A DNA stretch of 64,000 nucleotides from Callorhinchus milii (lineage: Eukaryota). Location: the NCBI RefSeq assembly GCF_018977255.1, contig NW_024704743.1, positions 12,402,001 through 12,466,000 on the forward strand. The letters are read 5' to 3'. Below the pieces are notes generated by a model. The model was not told the DNA's origin. It saw only the letters and a list, made by a program, of their open reading frames with translations, and made no database searches. Below, piece by piece: positions 13,475 to 25,800 of the stretch. Position 1 is the first letter of the stretch. Every line of letters begins with the position of its first letter. Made by a program: the position numbers and the translations under genes.

Positions 13475-14890
13475 TGACCTATCTTCACCTCTTCCAAGTC
13501 CTCCACCATTTTTTTCTGCCCCTGAGTCCCTCACAAATGCCCTCTCTTCCTCGGACCTCCTCTCCATCTGGCCCTCCACCCACAGTGATCCTGATGCAGC
13601 TGTCAAGCTGCTGAATGACTCATTGTTGCAGGTCAACTTCGGTCACACCCTCCCTCCACTCCCTCCTCGAGCCCCTGCAGTCTGGTTTTGGCCCTGCCCA
13701 CAGCACAGAGACAGCACTTGTCAAAGTTACAAACGACGTTCTCTCTATCTGTGACCAGGGCACCCTCTGCCTCCTCGTCCTCCTGGATCTATCTGCTGCG
13801 TTCGACACAGTTGACCACGCCATCCTTCTCCATCGGCTTTCTTCCCTCATCCACCGTCGTGGGACCGCACTCGCATGGTTCCAGTCCTACTTAACCAACT
13901 GCCTCCATTTCATCTCAGCAAATGGTTTCTCCTCCCGTCCCCGCCCGATCACCTGCGGGGTACCCCATCCTTGGCCCTCTGCTTTTCCTTATCTATATGC
14001 TCTCTTTGGGCGATGCCATCCGCAGACACAGGGTAAACTTCCACACGTATGCGGATGACACGCAAATCTACTTTGCTTCCTCCAGTACCAACTCCAGGTC
14101 CACCGATGTTCTATCAGCTTGTCTGGCAGATATCAAAGCCTGGATGATTGTAAACTTCCTGCAGCTGAATATGGACAAGACAAAACCATGTTCCTTGGCT
14201 CCAGTCAACATCTTCACTCCTGTGGATCTAAACTCCTCAACTTCCCTGAACCAGACTCAGACTCACTGAACCAGTGCGCAACCTAGATGGCCGGTTCGAC
14301 CCCCAGCTGTCTTTCCTCCCCCACTTCTGGTCCCTGACCAGGACCGCTTTCTTCCACCTCCGCCACATTGTCCACCTCCGACCGTACCTTACCACAAATG
14401 CAGCAGAAACCCTTGTGCATCCGTTTGTCACCTCTCACCAACACACTCCCTGCCGGTCTCCCCAGCTCCACCATTCACAAGATCCAGCTCATTCAAAACT
14501 CTGCCACCCGCATACTGACCCAGACCAAACTCCGTACCCACATCTCACCAGTTCTGGCCAGGCTCCACTGGCTCCCCATCACTGAACAGATCGACTTCAA
14601 GATCCTCATACTCATCTTCAAATCCATTCACTCCCTGGCACCTCCGTACCTCTCCAACCTCCTCACTCCCCAATCCATCACTCAGTGCCTCCGCTTGACT
14701 GGCACCAGCTTCCTGCTCGTCCCTCACACCCACCATTGGAGGTCGGTCTTTCCAGCCACTGCGCCCCAAACCTCTGGAACACTCTTCCTCAATCATTCCG
14801 CTTTGCTCTCTCCCCTCTTTCAAGTCTGGCCTGAAAACTTCCTTATTTGACCATGCTTACGGCCACCTCCCCCCTCCCCTGGCTCGGAGT
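13475..14890 (+). mobile_element. L2 RT fragment
   Basis: [20 protein letters not shown]...LLDLSAAFDTVDH and YADDTQIY motifs. Confidence 0.9.
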
Positions 14891-15671
14891 CAGCCTTCGA
14901 TAATGTAGCCTCCCCCAGCCCAGTCCTCTGGCATCAGCCTAACTGTGAGCTCAAAGTCCTAAAATGTCCAACATCAGCCACCCTACCTGGTTGCCGGTTA
15001 TTTACTCTCTCTAATCAACTTTCTGTGTAAAGAAATACTACCTGGTTTCTTATCTTGAAAATGCACTAATTCAACCCTGAACCTGTGCTCTCTTGATGTC
15101 CTCCAAAAGTATTGTTCTGGATGTCCTTCTCCAACTGAATCGGTTCTGTGCTCTCACGAGTCATTCCTCACTCCATCTATTGGAGAGGGGCAACTGGAAA
15201 GCATCAAAGAATCTAATGATCTTACCTCGCTTGAACCTTGCTGATAATTACAAGGCAGCATTGGAACATTAAGCCATTCCACCCCTGCTCTCTGGAACTC
15301 CATCCTGGAGTCTTTCTGACTTACTCACTCCCTCCGTACTTTTAAAGCCTGCCTTAAGACTTACCTCTTTGCATTTTGGTTACCTTTCTCCTCAGTTTTC
15401 CTTTCAGTCCCTCCCCCCTCATGATGTCTAGCCAAAAGTGTGAAGAGCTTTGAGGCATCCTCCTGATGTGAAGAGTGCTATATAAATGTTAATGTAAATT
15501 GCATTGTCTTGCGTATTTGCCACTTCACTCCCTGGGATGTTACCAGTTTGGAGTTGTCAAGAGAGATTTGAAAAATTAGGGTTTATTTAGGAGTCTCTTG
15601 GTAGTACTCTTGCTTCTGAGTCAGAAAGTTGTGGCTTCAAGCTCCACGTTGAGACTTTTGACTCGCATAGT

Positions 15672-16578
15672 CCATGCTGTCCTGACAGAATGTCTGTCGG
15701 ACGTCAAGTCCTGGATGAGAGCTAACTTTCTTCAGTTGAATGTCAACAAGTCCGAGGCTCTCCTGATTGGCTCCCGTCAGTGCCTCCTCACCTCAGGTGC
15801 TGACAGCATCACCATCCATGGTTGCACATTCCACCTTGCTAAGCCGGTCCGGAACCTTGGGGTCTTGTTTGACCCTCAACTATCCTTTCTACCCCACATT
15901 TGCTCCATGACCAATTCTGCCTTCCCCCACCTACACAACATTGCCAGGCTCCAACACTGTCTCACACCGCAGGCCACTGAAACCCTCATACGTGCTTTCA
16001 TTACTTCGAGGCTCTACCATGCAAACTCATTGCTTGTCGGCATCCCCAACTTCTCCCTCCACAGGCTGCAGATCATTAGAACTCTGCAGACCGTGTCCTC
16101 TCCTGCACTAGGCTCTGCGATACCTTATCACTCCGATCCTCGCCCAACTACACTGGCTCCCCATCACACAGAGGATACAGTTCAAGATCCTGTTCCTCAC
16201 CTTCAAAGCCCTCCATGGTTTTGCTCCCCACTATCGCTGCGACCTCCTAATCCCCTACCATCCTGTTCTCCCTCAGCGGGCTCCGGCCTGCTTCAGGTCT
16301 CCCGCCTCACTCACCTCACTATTGGCAGGTGGGCCTTCCACCACTCTGCCAATCCCGCAGTCCCTCCTCCTCGCTCCCTCCCTTGCCATCTTCAAGACCC
16401 ATCTCAAGACTGTCCTCTTCAACTGTGCTTTCGATTTCCCTGCTTGCCCCCCACTGCCCTCCACCCTCCTCAACCCCGACCCCCAGCTGAGGTCTGTAAC
16501 TCTGTCTGTTCAGCACCTTGGAACATTGTCCCGATGTGAAAGGCGCTTTACAAATTTAATTTTCTTGTTGTTGTTGTT
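15672..16578 (+). mobile_element. L2 3' portion
   Basis: ORF 15598-16539 contains CLSDVKSWMRANFLQLN; (GTT)n tail. Confidence 0.9.
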
Positions 16579-17080
16579 TCTGACACTCCTTTCTTTAGAT
16601 AACCCGTGATAGAACCCAGTTCTGGCCAGTGAATGTTAAAGATCCCGTGATGTTATCAAAAAGAGAAATGAGGTTCTCCCAGGGTACTGGCTAACAATAA
16701 TAATAATTTTTGCATTTGATATTGTGCCTTATTACGTCTTCGAGACATCTCAAAGCGCTTCACAGAATATACTGTAAATAGAATACAGAATATACTGCCA
16801 ATTGCACACAGCAGTGTCCCACAAACAGTTGTGGATTGAAGTGACCAAATTATTTTTTTTTGAAGGCATTATCCCTCAAAATAAAATCGCCCAATAACTT
16901 CGTGGCTGTTTGCGAGGAAATTGCTGTGTGAAAATTGACTGAAGTGCTCGCCAACAAAATACACAGTCACTACATTTTACAGTAAATTCTTAGAAGTGCT
17001 TTTTGATGGCCTCTCAAAATTCAAGACATTGTATCAAATGCAAGGATTATTATTATTATTTATTTCACAAGAGCTGACAA

Positions 17081-17392
17081 GGTTAGAGCACTCGCTTTGC
17101 AAGTGAGAGACCTGAGTTCAATTCCAGGCAGGGCGAAACCTTGGGCAAGTTTCCTTACTCCACACACAGCCCTAATAATAATCCCTCCAAAACAAAAAAC
17201 AATAATAAATTGGTCATTTTCAATCTACGACTGTTTGTGGGACATTGCTGTGCGCAATTGGCTGCCGCGTTCGCCCACAAATATACAGTCAATTCACTTT
17301 ACAGTGTGTTCTGTGAAGCGCTTTGGGACGTCCTCCCGACGTGAAAAGCGCTATATCAAATGCAAGGATTATTATTATTATTATTATTATTA
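17081..17392 (+). mobile_element. Young tRNA-derived SINE, slightly 5'-truncated, with (ATT)n tail
   Basis: Near-identical to the copies at 30453, 36688 and 60580. Confidence 0.9.
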
Positions 17393-18829
17393 AGATGTGA
17401 CCCGATAGAGGTCTTCGAGATGAGGGAGGATTACCATAAGGTGAGCGGTAATAGGTTATTAAAAAAACTATAATTGAAGTCTATTTGTAGGAGGAAAAAA
17501 AGCAATAATAATTTGGTCACTCAATCCATGATTGTTCGTGGGACACTGTTGAGTGCAATTGACTGCCGCGTTTTGCCAACAAATTAATTCCCCAAAGTCA
17601 ATTCACTTTACAGTATATTCTGTGAAGATCTTTGAGACGTCTAGAATCCGTGAAAAGCGCTATATTAAATGCAAGGATTATTATGTTATTATTTCCGCTG
17701 ATGGTAATGGGAGGAGACAAGTGTAAGATGATTGTAAAAATAATTAAAGGGTAGATGAATTGAAGAAGATGAAGGAATGTGGAGCAGAACATGTAGATTT
17801 GTTTAAAAGAGCATTAGTTTCAAAGTTCTGCAATGAAAGAATGCCATATGACAATAATAAAATATTAATCCTTGCATTTGTAGGACTTTATCACGTCGAT
17901 GAGACATCTCAAAACTCTTCACAGAATATACTGTAAAGTGAATTGACTGTATTTTGCGGGCAAAACGTGGCAAACAATTGTGCACAGTAATGGATTGAGT
18001 GACCAAAATATTTTTTAAGTTATCCGGCAACAATTGGGTTCCTACTTACTGCTAGGTAAACAGGAATGTGGAGCAAGGAAACTTGTCTAAGGTTACACCT
18101 GTCTGGGAATCAAACCCAGGTGCTCTTGCTTGCGAGGCGGGCGCACTAACCACTACACTACAGAACTCCATGATTGGACTCCCTGATAATTAACACATCC
18201 CAATAAACTGAATTACAAAACAGTCTTCAATGCCAATAATCATCCTCCCGACGTGAAAGAAGCTATATAAATGCAAGCTGTTGTTGGTTTTGTTCAATGA
18301 CCAACTGCTTTCAGGTGTGAACACTCATCAAACACTATTTCAAGCTGTACCTAACACGTGTAGGTAAGCTGGTGCGTCCCTCCAGGAGAGTGCGTGTTTC
18401 AGCTCTAGTAAATGTGGACTCCAAAATTGTGTACGTGAATAAACATTTTTGTATTTTTTTCCATACACAAGAATCTTCCTTATCAAATACAGGGAAACAT
18501 TTAAATGAAGGGAACCATTATTCAGTGTTATTCGGCTGGGAAAAAGCACTGCATTGAAGGCTCCTTATTAGTTAGGGTTTAGAAGCATTAACAAGGTTCA
18601 ATGTCCCCAGGGAAAGCTCTTTTTATTCTGCTAACTGGCTCCCTGGAACAGCTCAACCTCAACAAGGGAATCTTTGGAATTATTTCCCAGAATCCCTTTG
18701 CCTCCCTCCCTGCCTCCCACCTGAGTTATAAAGTCTACCTTAGGACCTATCTCTTCGTACATTTTTTCAGTCATGTGTGTCATTTATATGTCAACCTGGA
18801 TCAGTGGTAGCACTCTTGCCGCTGAGCGA

Positions 18830-19240
18830 AGGGAGAGGACGGGTTGATATGGGGTCAGGAGATCACAGTTGTAGGAAAGGGCAAGGCCGTGAAGGGCCTT
18901 GAAGTCAAGGCCAAAGATTTTGAACTCTATCCTCTGGGAGATCGGGAACCAGTGAAGCCGGGTGGGGTGGGGGTGATGGGGTCATGGAGCCGGGTGCGGG
19001 AGAGGACACAAGCTGCAGAGTTCTGGATGATCTGCAGTTTGTGGAGGAAAGAGTTAGGAAGGCCGACAAGCAGGGAGTTGGCGTAGTCGAGCCTAGATGT
19101 GATGAAAGCGTGGATGAGGGTCTCAGCAGCCTGAGAAGTGAGGCAGTGGCGGAGCCCGGTGATATTGTGGAGGTGAAGGAAGGCAGAGTGGGTCATGGCA
19201 CAGATGTGAGGTAAAAAGAACAGTTGATGGTCAAACAAGA
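18830..19240 (-). mobile_element. L2 fragment
   Basis: ETLIHAFITSRLDYANSLL on the minus strand. Confidence 0.85.
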
Positions 19241-22200
19241 CAGTCAAACAATATGAATGTAAATTGTAATGTATTGCACAGTGAGGAAGATTTCCTTGGT
19301 CAGCAGGAGCGGCCCTGACTGGCTTGTGAAATTTATTGGAAACTCTGCGTGAGAGATATTTTGAAATAATTGTCACATCCGAGCAAACAAAAAAGATCCA
19401 AATTGCATCGAACCTTTACAAGTTGTGAACGCACACCATTTTAAGGAAATCTGTCTTTGTGGTAGGACAAGTCCTGGAGCCTTTACAACAAGTAGAAGCC
19501 AATAAAAACATTTCCTGGGATCGTTAGGGTGTAATCGGATGAAGCAATTCAATTTTGTCCACCTGTATCCCATGCCAGCCATTTGTAAAAGCCATTTATG
19601 TGGTACAGCAATTTGATTTTAAACCCATTGCAAACTTCCTCCCGGAACTAGTTGGTCCCCTGCGAATGGATCCATTTCAGCACAGAAACAGGGCACATAG
19701 ACACATAAGAACAGGAGTAGGCCATTTAACCCTCAACTCTGTTCCGCCATTCTATAAGATCATGGCTGATCTGTACCTCAACTACAATTACCCATCCTTG
19801 CCCCATATCCCTTGATATCCCCTACTATGGAATCTTTAAAGTCCACCTGAACAGGCACAAACTGGGCATCGGTTTAATTTTTAATGTCTCATCCGAGAGA
19901 GGGCATCTTCAACAATACAGCTCATCCACAGCACGGCATTGATCCGGTGGGTCATCCTGGCTCAGTTGGTAGCACTTGCCTTTGAATCAGAAAATTGTAG
20001 GTGGCTCCACCTATGGACTTGGAACTCATATCGGCTAGCAGGAACCTTTTGCCTGCTGAGGGCCGAATGCCCTATTTGAGAAACGTCCGCGAGCCTTATA
20101 AGCAATATTTTTGTGTTTCCCTTCCATAATCATAACATAACGTTTATGAAATATGGATGGAGCGGGTGGGCAGATGAAATGGAGGGAGTGGGTGGGCAGA
20201 TGAAATCATTCCGCGGACCGCCAGTTGGACCTTCCTGGTCTAACGTGACACTGTAATGCAGTGCTGGTGGTGTGCTGCATTGTTGGGGGCAGCCGTCTTC
20301 CAGATGAGACATTAAACCTGTTCAGGTGGATGTTAAATATCCCATGGCCCAGTTTGAAAAAGAGAAGCGAATTTTCCTGATATACTGTCCAACAATCTCC
20401 TAGAGAAAAATAGTCATTTATCTCACAGCTGTTTATATGGCATTGCTGTGTGCAAATTGGCTGCTGAGTTTGCCTGCAAATACACATTGCACTTCATAGT
20501 GAAACTCCGTGAAGCAATTTGAGATATTTTGACTATGTGATAAACTTCTATATCAAATTATAATTATGGTTATTATTATTTTGGAGGCTTGGGACTGCGG
20601 CAAATGCATTTTGCAGTCAATCTACATTTGTATATTTGCTACAAAAATGCCACGGGCTGCAATGCAGACTTGAAATACTCCTGAACTGTTGACTCTCTGC
20701 AAGGGAAATGCAAACAAGAAGTGACGTGTGTCAAAAAGACTTCCGACGCACACTGTTTGATAGAACAATATTTAGTTTACAGTCAAACTCACCTCTCATT
20801 GAACTATACAATCCTGCCCACTGAGTCTGTCAAAGCCAGTTCAGCTCTGGGCTCCCAGGGCAAGCAGCTTGTTGGGCTGCCTGTGGTTTGATTGAAGAGT
20901 AAGCCTTGGATCAGAAAGCTAAACATGACTTCCCAAAGAGAGTCTTTTGTCCGTGATTAAAAGGATTTGCACTTTGTGCTCTAATTGGAGTCCTGTAGCA
21001 TAGTGGTTAGTGTGCTGCCTCAAAAGCGACAGGACCTGGGTTCGATTCCCGGGCGAAACCTTAGGCAAATTTCCTTACTCCACACGCCATTGTTTACCAA
21101 ACAGTAAGTAGGAACCCGGTTGTTAGTTGATTAGTGGATTGCTTTCCGGGGTAATAATCCCTCAAAAAAAATTGGTTACTCAATCCACTATTTGGGGACA
21201 CTGCTGTTCGCAATTGGCTGTTGCATTTCACCCACAATATTTACGGTCAATTCACTTTACAATATATTCCTTGAAGCGTTTCAATGACATGATAAGGTGT
21301 AATATCAAATGCAAGGATTATTATTATAATTGGTGTTTATTGGGATCCACGTAGGCAATACAATGCAATTTACATTTATTCAACACCTTTTACATCAGGA
21401 CGTCTCAAAGCGCTTGTCACTGCTGGCTGGGCACCCACGTTGGAAGTTTGGGAGCACCGGTGTTTACCGGTGATAAACAAATTGAGATTCGCTGACAACC
21501 CAAAGGCTATCTGACACGCATGGAGATATTTGAAGGCTTTTTTGTGAATGTCTCTGACTTCATCAGATGCCTGCTGTGAGTGGCAACAAGTCCTGCTTTG
21601 ATTGTACCTGGAGTGTTTAGCTCACATAGTGAGTTCAAGCCTCACCTAAACCTAAACTGATGCTCCAGTGCAGTGCTGGGGGTGTGCTGAATTGTCGGAG
21701 GTGCTGTAATTTGGATCAGACATTAAACCGAGGTCCTGTCTGTGCCTGTTCAAGTGGGCATTAAAGATCCCACAGCACTACTCAAAGCACTCTGGGATGC
21801 TAACCTGTGTGAAGGGCGCTATATGCAAGTCGTTGTTGTTGTTGAAAAGAGAAGGAAGTTCCTCCCTGGTGTCCTGACCGAAAATTCCCCCAGAGAAAAA
21901 AAATTGGTTGTTCACTTCCTGCTGTTTGTTGGACGTTGTGTGCAAATCAACTGCCGGGTTCACTGTGAAGCGCTTTGAGAAATTCTCCTGACATGAAAGG
22001 CAGCGTGCCAAATTAAAGAACTTGCTATTATTATATTGGTCTCTGTTAAGGGCTTTCTGTAAAGAAGGTCATTTTCTGCTTCACGAACATCTTTGTCCAC
22101 AAAATATACAATCAATTCACTTCACAGTATATTCTGTGATAAGGCGCTGTATCAAATGCAAGTATTATTATTATCTTTACCAATTTTTAAAAAAACGTTT

Positions 22201-22595
22201 TAATTTAAGAAGCACAAAATTCCGTCAATCAACTTTACAATATATTCTGTGAAGCGCTTTGAGATGTCTCAGTGACATGATAAGACACTATATCAAATGC
22301 AAGGATGATTATTATTATTATCTTTCTTTGCACTGTGTATTAGTGTATCGGGCTGGCCGGGAATAAACAACTTCAGCGTAAAATCGATTCCCAGGCAGGG
22401 CAAAACTTTAGTTTCCTTACTCCGCATGCCTCTGTTTACCTAGCAGTAAATAGGGTGCGTTTTGCCCACAAAATATACAGTAAATTTTTACAGTATATTC
22501 TGTGAAGTGCTTTGAGAAGTCTCAATGAAATATAAGCTGCTATTATCAAATACAAGGATTATTATCATTATTATTAATTCTGTTCCTTTTCTCAG

Positions 22596-22813
22596 CCAGC
22601 GGACATTCGACTCCCCCGACACCGGTGCAAGCGACCAAGCCGAGCTTCCCGCTGGAGTCGTACAAACAGGAGCCAGAGAGGCTGGACGCTCGATCCCGCT
22701 CCTACTCGTCCCCTCCAGACACAGGCCAGAGATTTACTGTCCCTGGGGCACAGGGCTTCATTACAACCAAACCACCTGCCCCCCAGCCTTTCAGCAATGC
22801 TACCTCAAAGTCA
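22596..22813 (+). CDS. PRKAG2: PRKAG2 internal coding exon (human exon 4 equivalent), N-terminal Ser/Pro-rich extension
   Basis: Acceptor tgttccttttctcag|CC and donor TCA|gtaagt; 218 nt, entering in phase 1 and leaving in phase 0. Translates (x)SGHSTPPTPVQATKPSFPLESYKQEPERLDARSRSYSSPPDTGQRF...TSKS, matching the FPLESYK.EPERL and SSPPDTGQRF motifs of vertebrate AMPK gamma-2 as recalled. Confidence 0.93.
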
Positions 22814-25800
22814 GTAAGTAAACACCGCTCGTTCTCCTCCGCTCGTCCCTGTCACTCTAGCCAGCTCAGACCTTCTGCGCACCCCTTGACCCCTATGCTC
22901 CACCGGTGGTGTTGTTGGCCAGGAAGCTGGGAGGAGTGGTGGGCAAGGGAGTGGAGGAGGGAAGATGACCGAAGGCGTGGTCAAAAAGGAAGGTCTTCAG
23001 ACAGATCTTGAAGGAGGCATATGAGGCGTGAGTTGGAGGGGCTGGGAGAATAATGATAATAATAATCCTTGCATTTGATATTGCGTCTTATCACGTCATC
23101 TCAAAGCGCTTCACAAGATATACTGTAGAGTGGAGTGACTGCATTTTGTGGGCAAGACGCGGCAGCCAGTTCTGCACAGCAATATCCCACAAACAGCCAT
23201 GGAGTTTGGCAATGTTTGGCAATGGAATGTCAGAATTCCGCCAGCCCTCTGTAATGGTCTCTACTCCGGTTCCTGAGCCAGGCAGTTCTGCAGTATTCTG
23301 GGGCATTACTGATGACAGCACAGCCAGTCTGGCTCATCGGCAGGACCTGGAAGGGCAGACCAGTCACTGGGGGCTGGGAATCCTCCAACACAACACTTGT
23401 TAGCCCTACGAGCCAAAGTCCCAAATGATAGTACTAACGGGACATGCAGCAGATAATATGCAAATACAAACACACAGGCACACACACACTCAGAAGAGTG
23501 CCCTATATTTGCAAATGGTATAACACAAATGGTATTGTAGACTTGCGTGGAGTGGACTGGTTGGGCCAAGTGGCCTCTTTCAATGTTGTACATTCTTTGT
23601 ACAATCTGATCAAACCCCAAAAGGCTTGAGATCCACTCAGTGTTAACGTCTTAAAATTTGTCTTAAAATTTAAGAATAATAATCCTTTTGTTTGAAACAG
23701 CATCACATCAGGTCATTGAAATGTCTAAAGCGCTTCACAGGATTTACTGTAAAGTGCAGTAACTGTGGACACGGCAGCCAATTTGCACACAGGAACGTCC
23801 CACAAACAGCCATAAAGTGAATGACTAATTTTATTATGGGGTTGTTGGCCCGGACACCGAGTAAAACTCTCTTTTCTTTTTAAATGGTATTATGGGATGT
23901 TTAATGTCCACACGGACAGGGCACAAATGGGACCTTGGTTCAATGTTTAACGTCGCCCGGAATTGTGGAAACATTTTTGAAACTTTGAAGAGTGCTACCT
24001 GAAGAAATGCGCTTTCGTTTTTTCTTAAATAAAGTGCGTTCAGTCACCGTGACGGTTCCGGGCATCATTTCAAAGAGCAAATTAAATGTTTTGGATTAAC
24101 TGGTGGTTTCCTGGTTGGGTCTATCTTTGTTCTGGTGCGGGAAGCAATTGGTTGGCCTGAGTTCTCCTCTTTGTCCAAATATGGGAAAAAGGCAGCAAGA
24201 GAGAGAGATACGCTGCCATTGCAGATAGTCCAGTGGTTTAGTTAGGTCTCGCTTCAATCATAGTGGTATTGCATTCGTTTGGAATGTGAGATTCTGATTG
24301 TTGAGGACTGTTGACATGGTTGGTTTATAGTATTTCCTGCCAAGCAACCAGCTTGTTAAACACAAGCCTCGGAGGAGAGAGAGTTTGACCGTGTGAATGT
24401 GAAAATAAAATTTAATTGACTCTTCTTTTTAGAAAAAAAATCTTAGCCAGTCCAATTATTTTGTGCGGTTCCCCAGGTTCTGGATGCCCTCTGGTACCTC
24501 CACCCAAGTGGTCATTGTTCATGTGTGAGCTTTGCGGTGAGTGTCAGCAGCCCGACTGCAGTATAGACAGTGTCTGACATCTAGAGAGCCTGACCTCTCA
24601 GCTTAATGTTTAACATCACCCAGAAACCGAGGAACCCAGAGCAGGAACTTGGTTGACTTTCTCCTCCCAAAGACTGGGAAAGGCAGGTGCTAATTTACCC
24701 TCCCCTCCCCTTCTCATGCTGTCCCTCACACCCTAACTCAGCCACACAAACTGACATGGCTGTGACAAAAAAGGAGGAATTGGACACATATTCAAATGGT
24801 TGTAATTGCTTCATGTAAGCAAACGTCCTAAAGCCACGGCTGTCTCTCCTTTGTACAGGGCGATGGGGGTGGGTGGGAGAGAAAGCAGATTGTTTACATA
24901 TTCACAAGGTCACAAGATAGGGTTTGAATGAAAAGGCCTCTTTGATCTCATCCTTTCAGAATACCCACCCTGAGATCTTGCAACACAAAACAAATTTACA
25001 AATATATTGCTTCTTTCAGGTCAGGAGGACTTCCCAAAGATTTAGCAATTCTGCTTTGGGGATATTAATCCTTGGATTTGATTAAGGAACTTATCACATC
25101 ATTGAGAATTCTCAAAGCGCTTCACAGAATATACTGTAAAGTGAATTGACTGTATTCTTTGTGGGTGAAACACAGCAGCCAATTGCACACCGCGGTGTCC
25201 CACAAACAATCGTGATTTAGTGATCAGATTATTATTTTTTGAAGGGCTTATTACACCAGAAAGAGATCTGCCAATTGACTAACAATTGAGTTCTTATTTA
25301 CTGCTAGGTAAACAGGTGTGTGAAGTAAGGAAACTTGCCTAAGGTTTCACCCTGCCTCTCAGTTGAACTTGAGTCATCTCGCTTTGCCAGGCGAGTGCTT
25401 TAACCAATACACTACAGGACTCACGATGGGAGCAAAGAGGAAAATGGGGGAAGGGAAAGATGACCAAAAGCGTGGTCAAAGAGGTTGGTCTTGAGATGGA
25501 CCTTGAAAACTCATCCTGCCGAAAGATCTCAAAGCAATTGTAGGTGTAAAAGTACCCAAACCAGACTAAGAGTTTCACATATGCATGCCACCTATACAGG
25601 CATAGAATGGAATACACACTCTCTCCTTGGAGGGACGCACCCTGCTTACCTCGTTTCGCCCACAAAATATACAGTCAATTCACTTTACAGTGTATTCTGT
25701 GAAGCGCTTTGAGACGTGAAAAGCGCTATATCAAATGCAAGGATTATTATTATTATTATTACCTGATTCTGGAGAATATTAGGCGCTGGTTAGCAAAAGT

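Noticed and set aside
22625..23011. 128-aa stand-alone ORF
   Set aside because: Only the part up to 22813 is exon; the rest is read-through into the intron.
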